DNA of 64,000 nucleotides from Diplonema japonicum. Its lineage: Eukaryota; Protista; Euglenozoa: Diplonemea. Positions within the stretch are counted from its first letter, which is position 1. Each line of letters starts with the position of its first letter. A model generated the notes under the pieces. It did not search any database and was not told the DNA's origin. It saw only the letters and a program-made list of their open reading frames with translations. Where the stretch lies: NCBI GenBank assembly GCA_964019335.1, contig OZ025663.1, forward strand, positions 558,001 to 622,000, read 5' to 3'. Below are positions 43,911 to 55,838 of this stretch, piece after piece. The translations under genes and the position numbers were made by a program.

Positions 43911-45218
43911 ATGAATATGGAGGAAGATCTGTCAGCCCAGGCGGGGGAGATCGCAGAGGCAACGAAAGCGATCCTGGAAGGACTCAAGGAAGTGCACGAG
44001 AGCGAGAACAGGGCTGTATGGACTAGCGGTGACATGTGCACACACTTGAGACACGGAAGCGGGATCGATGGGTTGGGGCGACTAATCAAGAAAGTGGAGG
44101 GGGAGATGATGTTTGCGAGGAGCATGGCAAATAACGAGGTAGAGAGTACACTTGCACGTGTTAAGTCATCGAACCTAGGTGTGTACGAAGGGGTGTTGAA
44201 AGTACTTCAGGAGGAGGTGGGGGGTGTGGTGGGGGTTCAGAGGACCTTCTCGAATGAGGAGAAACTTTGCGTCGAAGTGGATGTCGTGGCTGGGAACGGT
44301 AGTACATGGATCAAGGTGAAGAGCATGAACAACAGGAACATGAAGGACGTGCTGCAGGGCAAGGGGAGGTACGGAGAGCGTTCAGTCATCGAGCTTGCTG
44401 CAGACATGATGGAAGTGGCCGAGGCAAACCCCGTGAACTTCGGTGTCGCAAACTGCTTCATCGTCTTCATGGTGGACATTGATATGAGCACAAGGAAGGC
44501 GATGGAGCTATCGGGTGTTCGCACTCTGCTCATCGATGAGATCCATGAGATCACAACTGCGCACAAGTCACTGTCGCCAGAGGAACAAGCACTGAAAGAA
44601 CTTGCTGAGGAACTAGGCGAGGGAATGGATGAAGACGATGAGCCCAGTGACGAGTCCTCCAGTGGCATGGCCTTGAACCCGCTGTATGTGCAGTCTGTGA
44701 ACCTAGATGTGACTGCTTTGTTTGCGTTGACTTCTGACCTCACCAACGGCAACAATATGTACGATTTCCCCTCTCACAAGGTGCTGAACGGGCAAGCTGT
44801 TGACGACCGCAAGCGGCCCGTCCTCCCCGTCCTGACCGCGTACTTGGCAGGGAAGCGTATCTTAATTTGCGAAACCGCATTGCGGGAGTTCCAGAATATC
44901 ATCAAGCAGGTTGCAGGACCCGACGAGACGCAGCGTGCCGAAGAGCTGCTGAAGCGATGCGTCATAGTTGCTGACCAGCCCACTGAGAAGAGCCTCAAGC
45001 TTGTCGAGTCGGGACGGATCAAGCAACGCCAGAAGGCCATATTCGGAACAGGTGACTATCACCGTGCTGTCACCATCACTGCCAACGTGCAGTTTGTGCA
45101 AGCAGCCATCGATCAAAACGCTGGTTTCACTGTTTTCGTTCATGCAGCACGTGCTCTGACAGAGCGGAAAAGACACAAAGACGGTGTACACACTGACTCA
45201 GTGGGATGTGATTCATAG
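43911..45218 (+). CDS. UPF0415/C7orf25 (DUF1308) homolog
   Basis: SSNL, VDVVAGNGSTWIKVK, VNLDVTALFALTSDLTNG, IFGTGD...TITAN..FV.AA..Q...VFVH.ARALTE.K. Confidence 0.85.
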   Translation: MNMEEDLSAQAGEIAEATKAILEGLKEVHESENRAVWTSGDMCTHLRHGSGIDGLGRLIKKVEGEMMFARSMANNEVESTLARVKSSNLGVYEGVLKVLQEEVGGVVGVQRTFSNEEKLCVEVDVVAGNGSTWIKVKSMNNRNMKDVLQGKGRYGERSVIELAADMMEVAEANPVNFGVANCFIVFMVDIDMSTRKAMELSGVRTLLIDEIHEITTAHKSLSPEEQALKELAEELGEGMDEDDEPSDESSSGMALNPLYVQSVNLDVTALFALTSDLTNGNNMYDFPSHKVLNGQAVDDRKRPVLPVLTAYLAGKRILICETALREFQNIIKQVAGPDETQRAEELLKRCVIVADQPTEKSLKLVESGRIKQRQKAIFGTGDYHRAVTITANVQFVQAAIDQNAGFTVFVHAARALTERKRHKDGVHTDSVGCDS

Positions 45219-45247
45219 TGCTCTTTCAAACTGCTTCATTTATTTAG

Positions 45248-48200
45248 ATGGCTTTCTTTGCCAACCCTCAACCACCATCAAAAGGGGGCGTTCGAATGCG
45301 ATCGGGAGGGAGGGCAACAGGGGCAGCCCCGAGGGGCAGGGTTCGGACAGGGTCAACCCCGCGAACAAGCATTCCCAGAAGACAGTCGACAGGCAGGGAG
45401 TCGACAGGAAGGGAGCCGACGAGAAGGGAGTCGGGTGAAGCGAATGAAGGAAACTGGTCGACAAGGGCAGTGAGAGGTGCCCCTGTAAGGAGGGTGTCCC
45501 AGCCGCGCAAGAGGAGCAATGCATCGTCTCCAGGAACGCCGAAGCGTAAGGGTTCTGGAAAACGTGCTTATTACAATAGGATGACTTTGGCGCAGTTTGC
45601 TGAGTTATACAACACGTTGGAAGAGCTCAGGAAGCTAGACGTTGAGAATGCGGAATCGGTGGACAGAGGGCACGTGGTCAGCAGCGGACGGGAGAAGACG
45701 TGCTACAGAATTCTCAAAAGCTTCGGTGTGAGCAAGATCGAAAACATCGAGGACGAGATCAAGTCCGTGACAGCGAAGGAGCTCGAGATACGGACCACAG
45801 CATTGAAGGACAAGGACGAGCCACACGACGCGCTCGTTAATTGCAGCAAAGCATTGTTCAAAACTGACGACTTGATGTCTCTGTCGCTGAACGACTACTA
45901 CCTGCTGACAGAAGTTACCTCGCACAATGCGTTTTCGCCTGTACTGCACTCGAACAACGTAGAAGCTACTCGAAAGATGTCATCGGTGTCTGAGAATAGT
46001 AAAGTCTCTCTCCCTTCGGCCGAAAGCAGTAGTAAACTAAGCTTCACTACCCACAAGGCCACCAGCTGTGTCTTTGCAGATAGCAACTACGTTGTGTGCC
46101 ACGTGCACAACTTGTTCGCGAATGGCAGCAACGTTGCGGTGCTGAAGAACATCTGTGACGTGGCGGGTTACCTATTCCGCAGAGTGCTTGTGGTGCCACA
46201 GGAGCTCACGTCGATCACGCTCATCGAGTACTTATCCTCCTTCATGAACTACCGCAAGTACGGCATCAGTGTTGTTGTCCTAAACGTCTCTCTTGCTGAC
46301 CCCCAGACGCTAGGCCTCTGCAGGTACCTCCAAAAGGTGCGCAACAACGTGAACTTTGTGCTAAACTTCAACAATCCCATTGCACCCCTTATATGCTACC
46401 CCCATTGCATGTATTTGCAGACGGTTGACGATGCGGCCCTGAAGAGCATGTCTGCTGCGTCTCTTGTTGTGGACACGAAAGCGCTAAACAAGCTTCGGAA
46501 CGAAGCACGGAAGGGCCGTTCCTTCAGAGCGATCGAGTCGATACCACAACAACCTGCCGTCGAGATAGTCACAAGCCACCCCCTGTGCAAAGAGGTGTCC
46601 ACGGACTCAAAAAAGAAGCTCTTCGATGCAATGCATAACGGTCGTTATGAAGAAGTTGCGCTAGCGATGTCTGTGCTGCCTGTAGGTGTGCTGAGAGGGT
46701 TCTGCTCTGAGATGCTAGTTGTGGTGGTGGACGCATTGGCGGACAGGTCGGTGCCGCAACAACAGAGGGGCCACGCATTGCGGGTACTGCTTTTCTTAAT
46801 GAGGGAGGTCGGAAGCCCAAGGCATGGCAGTGTTCTTGAGAGCATAGAAGAAGCAAAAGAGACCCTCCCTATAGCAGACGTCGCTCAGTGTCGGTACAAC
46901 CTGCTGCAGCATGGGCATGCAGCAAATGATCACAATTACGACCTGTCGAAGATGCGGCTGATCAAGGTGGGGACAACTGTTGAGAACATTGTTGCGCTGT
47001 GCCGTGCTTTAGAACGCACGGCACCTGTTTTGGTAGAAGGGGCGACGGGGTTGGGTAAGACAGCTTCCGTGTGCGATGCCTGTGCTGTGTTAGGCCGGAA
47101 GTACGTGCGCTTCAACCTGTCTGCCGGTGTCACCGTTGATGACATCTTAGGCAGGGTACAGCTCAACCCCGACAGCCGCGGGCTGACCTCTTACACCGAC
47201 GCTTACGTCAACGGGCATGTCCTGGTGCTGGACGAGTGCAACCTTGCTCAGGAAGAAGTTCTGTCCCTCATCGAAGGATCTCTGGACACGGGAGAGCTCG
47301 TTACCAACACAACTCATCTGGTGCGACATAAAGACTTCAGGCTGGTCATCACACAGAACCCCACAGCAGGCATGTTTAGCGGGAAGAGAGAAAAGCTATC
47401 CGACGCCTTCTTATCACGTTTCCGGCGTGTTCAACTTTCTCACCTCACCCGCTGCGAGCTAGACATCATCGTGCGGTCCCTCCTGAATGTCGAGCAAAGC
47501 GACAAGGACGGCGCGAACATGTGTGAGAACATCGTCTGCATGCATCTCGCTATGGAGAAGGTCATGTTGGAGGAGGACAACCCTTTGTCTGTCGTAACGT
47601 TGCGGGACCTGCTCTTCCTCTGCACCAGCAAAACGGGGCTTCTGTACCGCGCTTATGTTATCTACTGTGGAAGGGTTCTATCGCCGACTATCAAAGCACT
47701 CTGTTTGAAAGTGATAGAGAAGTATTTGTCCAATGGGAGGCGCGGTGCAACCTCACTTCCAAACATAAAGGGGTACCCTGCTGTGGGTACCATGGGGAAC
47801 AACGGGTGCATTGCGACTGTAAGGGTACATAACTTGTGGCGGTGTTTAGATGTGGCTATGGGAATGGGGCGGCCAGTCCTAGTAGTGGGGGAAGACGGGT
47901 GCGGGAAGAGCTGTGCGGTAAAGGCTTTTGCGTTACATGCGGCATCGAAGAGGGGACAGGGTGGGACTGTAGCTGTTAATGTGACTGAGGACACTGACGC
48001 AGGACAGCTCATCGGACAGTACACACCCACGAAGGATGGAGAAGGAGACGATGTGGTGAGGTGGGTAGACGGTGCCGTGGTGCGCGCAATGAAAACAGGA
48101 CGTATCCTGCTTCTTGACGATATCCTCGCTGCGCCCCCTGTCGTAGTCGAGCGGCTCAACTCCGTTCTTGAGGCGACACCCGAGTTGCTCATCTCCGAGA

Positions 48201-51200
48201 ATGACGCCGACGCGCACATCACGGCAAAGCAAGGCTTCCAGGTGCTCGCCACTGGCAACATCGGAGCTATCAAAAACATCTCCCCTGCTCTCGCCAACAG
48301 GTTCGTCGTTGTGGTTATGGACTCACTGACGCCCAGTAGCATGCCGCACGAAATAAACACACTGCTGGAAGGCAGCGGTTTCAAGGGCAAAGATCTTGAC
48401 TCTGCAGCACAGTTTTGCCAGGTCCTCTGCAAAGATCAGCTAGACATTCGTTCCATTACCAGGGTCCTCAAGAAGGCCGACACGCTTGATGCGTTGAAGA
48501 AAGCCGCCATCAGTATGTACTCCGGTGGGTCGTGGTTCGGGCTGTCGAACAGCAAGCTGCCACCCTCGTTGCTGTACCCGCAGAAATCTGTGTCTTGGTG
48601 TCTGGAGTCGCACATCCCTGTGCTTCTGATCGATGAAAGGAGTGAATGGGACGTAGGTTCCCTGCTGGACAGGGAACACGCCAACATACTGTGTACGTCA
48701 CTGTCGCAGGTTGCAGAGTGGTGGGATGTTACTCTGCCTAAGTCCAGAGGCGTAATGAAGATATCTGGCCCCTTGCACGATGCAGTGACTGAAGGTTGCC
48801 CTCTGCTGCTTCAAGATTACCACAACCTCTCACATTGTCAGATGGCTGAATTATCAGCCCTCCTGGACGGACGCGAGCGTGAGGGTGTGGCATGCCACGA
48901 GAAGTTCTCCGTCGTCGCCACCTGCACCTTGCAAGGTCTTCGCACCATCCCAGAAAGATGGCGGCGTATGTTTCATGAAATTGTGCTACCCCAGCCTACC
49001 GCCGGCGACTACAAACACTACCTTTCTTCTGCTGGCATGGATGATGCCATTCGTGAAGTCTCGGAGGCGGCTGCACGGTTGCGAGATGTGGTACCTATCA
49101 AGATGAACCTGGAGCTGTACAATAAAACAAATAAGCGCGTCAAGCTTTTCATGGGCAACAACTACACCTTGGAAAACTGGGGGCTTGTCCTTGCCTCGTT
49201 GTTCAGTACCTACCCGAACATAACAGGGATCCTGCAGCATAACAGCGTGCTCACTGACAGTGTGTTGAAGAGATTAAGCGCCACCCCTTCCATCACAAGG
49301 GAAGGAACGATGATTTCTTTTTCTGGGCAGGGACTGCGGAGCAAGGTGAACGTCCCATCACGCGGTGACGACTCGAGGTTTGCACTATTTGTGATGAGCT
49401 TGCCGCAACCGGTTATAGCGGCTGTTGTTGCCATGGCACATGCAGTGTGTGCCGGGGAGACACTTGTCCTGGCAGGACCGTCGGGGTACAAGAGTTTTGC
49501 AACGGAAGCATACTTCTCGATCATAGAGGGCGAACATGAAGTGGTGCACATGACTTGCGCAACCGACAGTCATGAACTGCTTGGGAGAATAAGCCCGTTC
49601 AACAGGCAGGACTTCGAGGAAAACGTGAACAAAGAAGTAGCGTTAGTGTCGGGAAAGACGGGAGACAACATCAACGAATACGTGGAAAGCTTGCGTAAGG
49701 CTGTCGAAGAGACGAAAGGCACGTCGACAGTGTTTGCTTGCAAGGACGGTGCGGTGACGGCTGCCATCAAAACAGGGCGGGGCGTTGTATATGAACACGC
49801 TAACCTTGCAGGACAGAACGTTCCACGCGCAATGACGGACTGTTTAGTAAGCAGGAAGCTGCATCTCGGGATCGTGCCGGGTTCGGGAAGGAGCCACTTG
49901 TCATTCAGTGTCCCACAGGTCATGATTTACAGCTGTGCACGCACTACGACTCATCCTCCTGGCTATACACAGCTGACTGTCTACAACTGCAACCCTTATA
50001 CAGAAGACGAAGTGAAGACAGTCCTTATGACGTCCCTCAACCACGGTACCGACGAAGAGAAAGACGAGCTGACTACCGCCATGTACAAGCTCTGCCCCAG
50101 CCAGAGTCTTAGGTCGGCCATTCGGTGGGTTACCTTTGTGAACAACTACCCTGTGACCACCCTGTCTCAAAAACAGGTCCTCATATGTGGATATGAGATG
50201 CTGTTCAAGAAGAATGATGCCAAACGGGGCAAGCTGGACTACCTCGCTGAGCTTGGGTGGGACAACGTGGCGATTGAAGCCCCGTCGCCTAGGAGCTTGC
50301 ACACAATGCACGGGCGCATACATTGCTTGTGGAATTTGACGAACCTCGCCGATGTCGAGTCTAAGCTCAAGGACTGCGTGCTCAGCAAATCTCTTTGCAA
50401 GAATTTGGCACGTGTGCTAGCTGCATCGACTCTGTCGATCCCTCTACTTCTTGAGGGGTCACCTGGAATTGGGAAGGGCTTCGTGGTGGAGCAAGCGGCT
50501 TCTCTGGTGGGGGCTGAGTTCAAAAGAATCCAGATGTCGTCAGGTACAACCGTCGAGCAGCTGTTCGGTACCACAATGCCGATGGTCAAGGAAGGGAAGC
50601 ATGTGTTCGAGTTTCGAGATGGGGCCATCTCTGCGGTGCTTAAGAAAACAAGTAATACATGGGTCCTCCTTGATGAACTCAATCTGGCTCCCTTCGAGGT
50701 GCAACAAGCCCTGATACCCATATTGTCCAGCGGTAGCCCGCGTGTTCGTTTCTTTAGCGCTGTCAACCCTGTTGAGGTTGGAGGCGGTAGGACTTATATC
50801 CCGGCGTCTCTGAAAGAGTACTTCGCGATTATAACGTTAGCTGAGCTTGACAAAATGGAAGTACTGGACGTGGGCAGGGCGAAGTTGGCGAAGGCCTACC
50901 TCCCCGAAAAGCAAGTGGGGGAGATCCTCTGTGTGTATGAAATGGTGCGCGAGGCCGTGCAGAAGAAAAAGGTTGGAGAGGGCGACGAGCTGTTCAACAT
51001 CCGCACCTTGGAGAAGGTTGCCCTGCTGATGGAGGCATCGAAGCTGGATCCCGCCAAGAATGAGGGCGATTTCTTGCGGTACTGCCTCAAGGTGCTGGAT
51101 GTGGTATTCGGGTGTGGGTTCAGCTCAAAAAGCGATAGGACAAAAGTAGCAGAGATCATTAGAGAAGCGGCTCCCTCCTTAACTGAAGGCGTGGAGGTGT

Positions 51201-54200
51201 CCGGGGGCGATATTGAGATAAAGGATAACGTGGTCAATTTTGATGGGGTGAAGTTCGAGAGGGGCGTCGTCGGCGCAGAGAAAGGGTGTGCTATGTCATC
51301 AGAGATGAAGAGGAGACTTATTCTGCTCTCGGTTGCTAGCAGCTCTTCGTTATGTGTGTTGCTTGAAGGCCCTACCGCAAGCGGCAAGACGTATCTTGTG
51401 AAGGAGTACGCTCGCATCTGCGGGCGGGAGCTGAAGGTCATCACCATGACACCTAACATCGAAGGTAGCGACCTGATCGGGTCGTGGACGCCTTTCAAAT
51501 ACTCCGAGCGCTCAGTCTTCAACGAACTCCTCATTCTTTCCATGCAGACCGACGACACACAAGTGATGAAGGCTCTGAAGTCTGCTCTTGAAGAGCCTAG
51601 CAGGGAGGCCTTGAGCGGGTTGTGCGATGCAGTCGCTAAAATATCTGATGTGAAGAGCAAAGAAGCACAGCGTGTGAAGGACCTCATCACAAAGGTCGGT
51701 GAGGGGATCTGCTTCAGATTCACGATGTCGCGGCTGCTGAAAGCGACTTTGAATGGGGAGTGGGTGCTGTTGGATAATGCCGATTGGGCACCGCAGGAGG
51801 CATTGGAACGCTTGAATTCCTTGCTTGAAGCAAACAGCAGTCTGAGCTTGCTCGAAATCAACGGCGAGGAACGCACACTGCTGAAGGGTGACGGGATCCA
51901 CCCAGGCTTCCGTTTGTTCATGACGACCAATCCTGAGAGGAAGCACGCAACGAGGATGTCGCAAGCCCTTCAGAACAGAGTGATCAAGATCAACTTGCAG
52001 GGAATGAGCCCTGTGCACATGATGACGGGACCTACAAAGCATGAACAGGTCGCGCTCACTTTCTACAAACATGTGCAAATCAAGCAAAGCATGACCTGCA
52101 GGTCTGTGTTGCGGTCGCTGTCGAGTTGGTCAGAGACACACGACCTTGCTGTGCTGTGCGACAGCCTCATCTTGGATCACACACCCGCGCTGCCTGATGT
52201 GAAGACTGCACAAAGCGCTCATGGCGAGGCGTTGAGGAACATCTTATCCGACTTGTACACCTTCGACAGCGATGACGAGGATGACTGCGGAGTGGACGAC
52301 GAGGCAGAGGAGAGCGAAAATATCAACAGGCCTGTTGAAAGAGTGCAAAGCACCGGCCTCCCAGTACACTCGGTATCTGACTGGATGGACCCAGAGATGG
52401 AAATGCCTGGCATTCATGGTGGTGAAGAGCAGGTCACGGCCGTTGATGGACTGGATCTTGTATCAGAGTGGAACATTTCGAACCTCAAAGAAGCCTCCAC
52501 CTCTGGGTTGGACAGTAGAAACGCTGACTTCATAGTCTCCCACAGCAAGGAGGGTCTTTTAAGCTTCGGGCAGACTCTTGCTTCTCTGTGGCGGTGCAAA
52601 GCAGGCGGTGTGATTGAAGAGTTGGTGAATAATCTGGTTTCCCCTGAAGGTTACAATAAGTTGGACATAATAAGCAAGGTGTGCGCGCAGCTCGATGAGT
52701 CCCTCGCGGGCTCGTACCCGAATCTGACCCCGATTCACCTGCTAGTGATGAAGATATACACCATGGAAGGGCCTGATGTCGACCGCATGATGGGGTTCCA
52801 AAACGTGCCTGTTTTTGTTAAGGACCCGGAGGGATGGAAAGCGTACAAGCAGCAGTTCAAAGGAAAGCGGAACAGCCAGGTGTACACAGAGATCAACACG
52901 TCTATTAGAGTCATTCACACTGCGGGTAGTGGGGTCGAGAAGGTCGAGGCGCATGCGCTATTCGAAAAATGGGTGAAGTTTGCCAGCGTGCTCATCTGCA
53001 TCGGTGACGTGATGACCCCCACAACGCTGTTCAGGAGCGTGAAGGGGTTGAGTAGCAGTACGGTGCAAAAATACCGGGGGATGAAGCAGGGCGATTTCGA
53101 AGGATGGGCGGCACCAACATCTACCTCCAGAAAGATAGGTGTAGACAAGGCTTTCGTGGGAGACAGGGATGATTCAGTGAAGTTCCGAATCCACAACGTG
53201 ACACGTGGTGTGTACCTGAAGGCCGTCAGCGCGTACCCTGAAGAAGAAGAAGTCTTGCTACCGCCATTCACGAGCCTAGAGGTCATTGCAGTCGGTGAGG
53301 CCGACGGCATCACTACCGTAGATTTCAAATGCACGGGCTCCGTGTGCTGGGACAACCCCCACCTCCGCGGCTTGTTGTTACAGGCCGTCAACGACGCAAG
53401 GGACTCAAACAGAAGGCTGAGGAAGATGAACGGCGAACCACAAGAGGAAGAGGTAAAATTGAAGGAGTTCAAATACGAGCCCCTGGTTCCCATAGAGGAC
53501 GCTCCCGTCAAGCAGGGAAAGGTCTTCTGCACGCAGGACACGATAAAGCTCGACTACACGGTACCCATGGAGGCATCGCAGTTGCTTCCAACGGGAAAGA
53601 AGCACCTCGACAGCCTCAGAAGCACACTTGCTCAAGTACTTCCGGAACTCGACGATGGATGGAATATGTTGACATCAGGGCTTAAGCCGAGTATCAAAGA
53701 TGCGGTGCAAGGGTTCGAGAGGCTGCTGACGCCTAACGCTTTCACTCGGATGCAGGCCTCGTCGCATGGGACGTCGCTGTACATCCCAGGCCTCATCAAG
53801 GCCATCACAACGAACTTCACATATAACAAGGTGTTTGCGTCTAAAACAGCAGGAGGCAAGAGAAACTACTCGGTCGTTGTGGCTTTTGATGCTTTGCTTT
53901 CCAAAAAGGGGACGCCCGTAGTGCACTACCAGCTTGTGGACGTGATTGTGCGTGCATTAGGCGCGCTCGACGTGCCATGCACTGTAGTGGTGTATAACAG
54001 TGAGGATATCTTCATCGTGAAGACAGCGGATGACAAGTGGGACAGAACTGCGGTGACGGCATTCAGGCTGGCAGCTGCGAGGTTTGTGGAGGGTGAGAAC
54101 AGCCACGGATGGAAAACGGCTTGCAAGATAGCACTTGAGGTGCATGCACTGCGCCGTTACGCGTTCGTCTTGTCAGAGGGGAGCACCCCATGGAGCGACC

Positions 54201-55554
54201 CTGAAGTGACTAGTGCCATTGCATCTGCAGCCTCTTCAGGTGTCCATGTGGTTGGGCTTGGGACAGACCTGTCCATCCACTCCGCCTTCCCCACGTCGCT
54301 GTCCCTTCCAGGACACGCCATGTTGGGAGCAGCGCTTATGAAGCATGCCGAAGGTGAGGTTGAGCATCCTTCTGTGAACGAGGCAAAACCACAAAAAGCA
54401 CACACACAAAGGGAGATAACACAACTGCGGGAGGTCCTCGCTGCTAAGGAGGCTCTCTTGCGTTCTGCGTTAGGTTCGCAGCACAATCTATTGAGGTCAA
54501 TTAGAGCGTCGGACTTACAAGAAATCAGCTTTTTAAAAACGCCTCCTGCGGATCTCGCAAAGCTAATATCAGCGATAGGCATCCTTTTAGGGTCGAAGAA
54601 CAAGGTGAACGTGGCGCAAATCTTAAAGTTTGACACGGACTCGCTGACGCCTGAAATGATCAAAAGTGCAGTGGATTTAGTAAGAGATGTCGCCATGGAT
54701 AGGATGAAGAAGATATCCTCTGGTGGTGCCATGTTACTCGAGTACCTCATGCTTCTTGAAAACACGACGAACGCACGTCACGAACTGGCTGCAGGGAAAC
54801 AAGAGCTGCAGGCAATGGAAGACCAACTGTTGGAATCGACGCTGAAGGTGAAATCTCACGTCGCTCAGGGTGTCGCCCTTGTCGAGAAACACGCTGCTGA
54901 CGGGAGCAGAACGCAGTACTTGAAAGTGGCGAAGAGCATTTGTGATACTCAACTTCTGGATAGACTGGCCGGGACGTACCTGTTCCCTACAGCGACAACA
55001 ATGCAGAACGCACTGCTATTTGAAACAGGGCCACCGGTGAAGGAGGTCAGCCAAGATTTGCTGTTAGAGGTATGCATGAGATCAGGGAATATTCACAAAT
55101 CCGCAGATGATAAGGTCTGTACAGTTTTTAAGCTCTCTTGGGAAGAGTGGTTTCCACCCTGGAAATCTGAGACTGGGATCGCAGCTGTCGCATGTGTGTT
55201 ACTCATATGCTGCTTCGAGTCGGGCGCCACTGCCCAGCGACACTGCACCTGAGGCGCAACGAAGCAGCGCAGCGATTGATGGCACCGCCTGTGACCTTTG
55301 GGAAATTGGACAGTGGCTGAAGTCCGTTCAGTGGAACCCCATCGAGTCCCAATCCCTTGTCGACATCCTCCAAACGGTATGCCCTTTGTCGTTTTTTTGT
55401 TTTTGTTTTTGCCCGCATTATCACTCAGAGTGACCCCGTCGTGCGTAAAGACGGTGCTTTCAGAGCGTTAACCATGCGAAGCCCTGATGATGGTGATGGT
55501 GGTGGTGGTGGTGGCAAGAAAAGTAAAAAGCATTCATCTAAAAAGAAAATATGA
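45248..55554 (+). CDS. Giant midasin-like AAA+ protein with ADP-ribosyltransferase, vWA-like, dynein stalk/MTBD-like and pseudokinase domains; exons 45248-55069, 55107-55376, 55429-55554 (~3405 aa)
   Basis: Walker A motifs GATGLGKT (47039), GEDGCGKS (47888), GPSGYKS (49475), GSPGIGKG (50456) and GPTASGKT (51368), plus one degenerate module near 48600. ART motifs LFRS, TSTS and EEEEVLL. Midasin-type pre-vWA motif. Dynein MTBD-like DLQEISFLKTPP. Spliced kinase-like APE, DLWEIG and DPVVR. Confidence 0.85.
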
Positions 55555-55838
55555 AAAGCTAGAAGATTAAGAAAGGAAGGGGAGGAAGATAACCGCCAGG
55601 AATGGCGTTGTTTTTACTGCCGCCGTTTTCCCTTTCCTGTTGTTTGTTTTCCCGGAAGAGAAGATGAAGGAGGTGTTCTGGTCACCGTGTAGAGTGTACG
55701 CAGCGGATTTACAACCATTCCCTCTTTCCTCCTCCTAGAGTGCCTCCCCACAACCTGAGACAGAAATCGTTCATTCCATCCCCCCCCCCCCCCCCCCCCA
55801 GTTAAATGTACACGCAACCCACGCAGGACAACAAAGAG

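Noticed and set aside
50896-51930. 344-aa minus-strand ORF and other antisense ORFs
   Set aside because: They are shadows of + strand genes with no recognisable motifs.
55070-55252. ORF-track C-terminus of the giant protein with a hydrophobic, TM-like end
   Set aside because: It is probably intron read-through; the spliced frame gives coherent kinase-like motifs.
45248-55554. Calling the giant gene MDN1 (midasin) or a dynein heavy chain
   Set aside because: It lacks the long midasin linker and an intact MIDAS. The AAA modules are midasin/MoxR-type, and the stalk-like part is outside the ring, unlike dynein.
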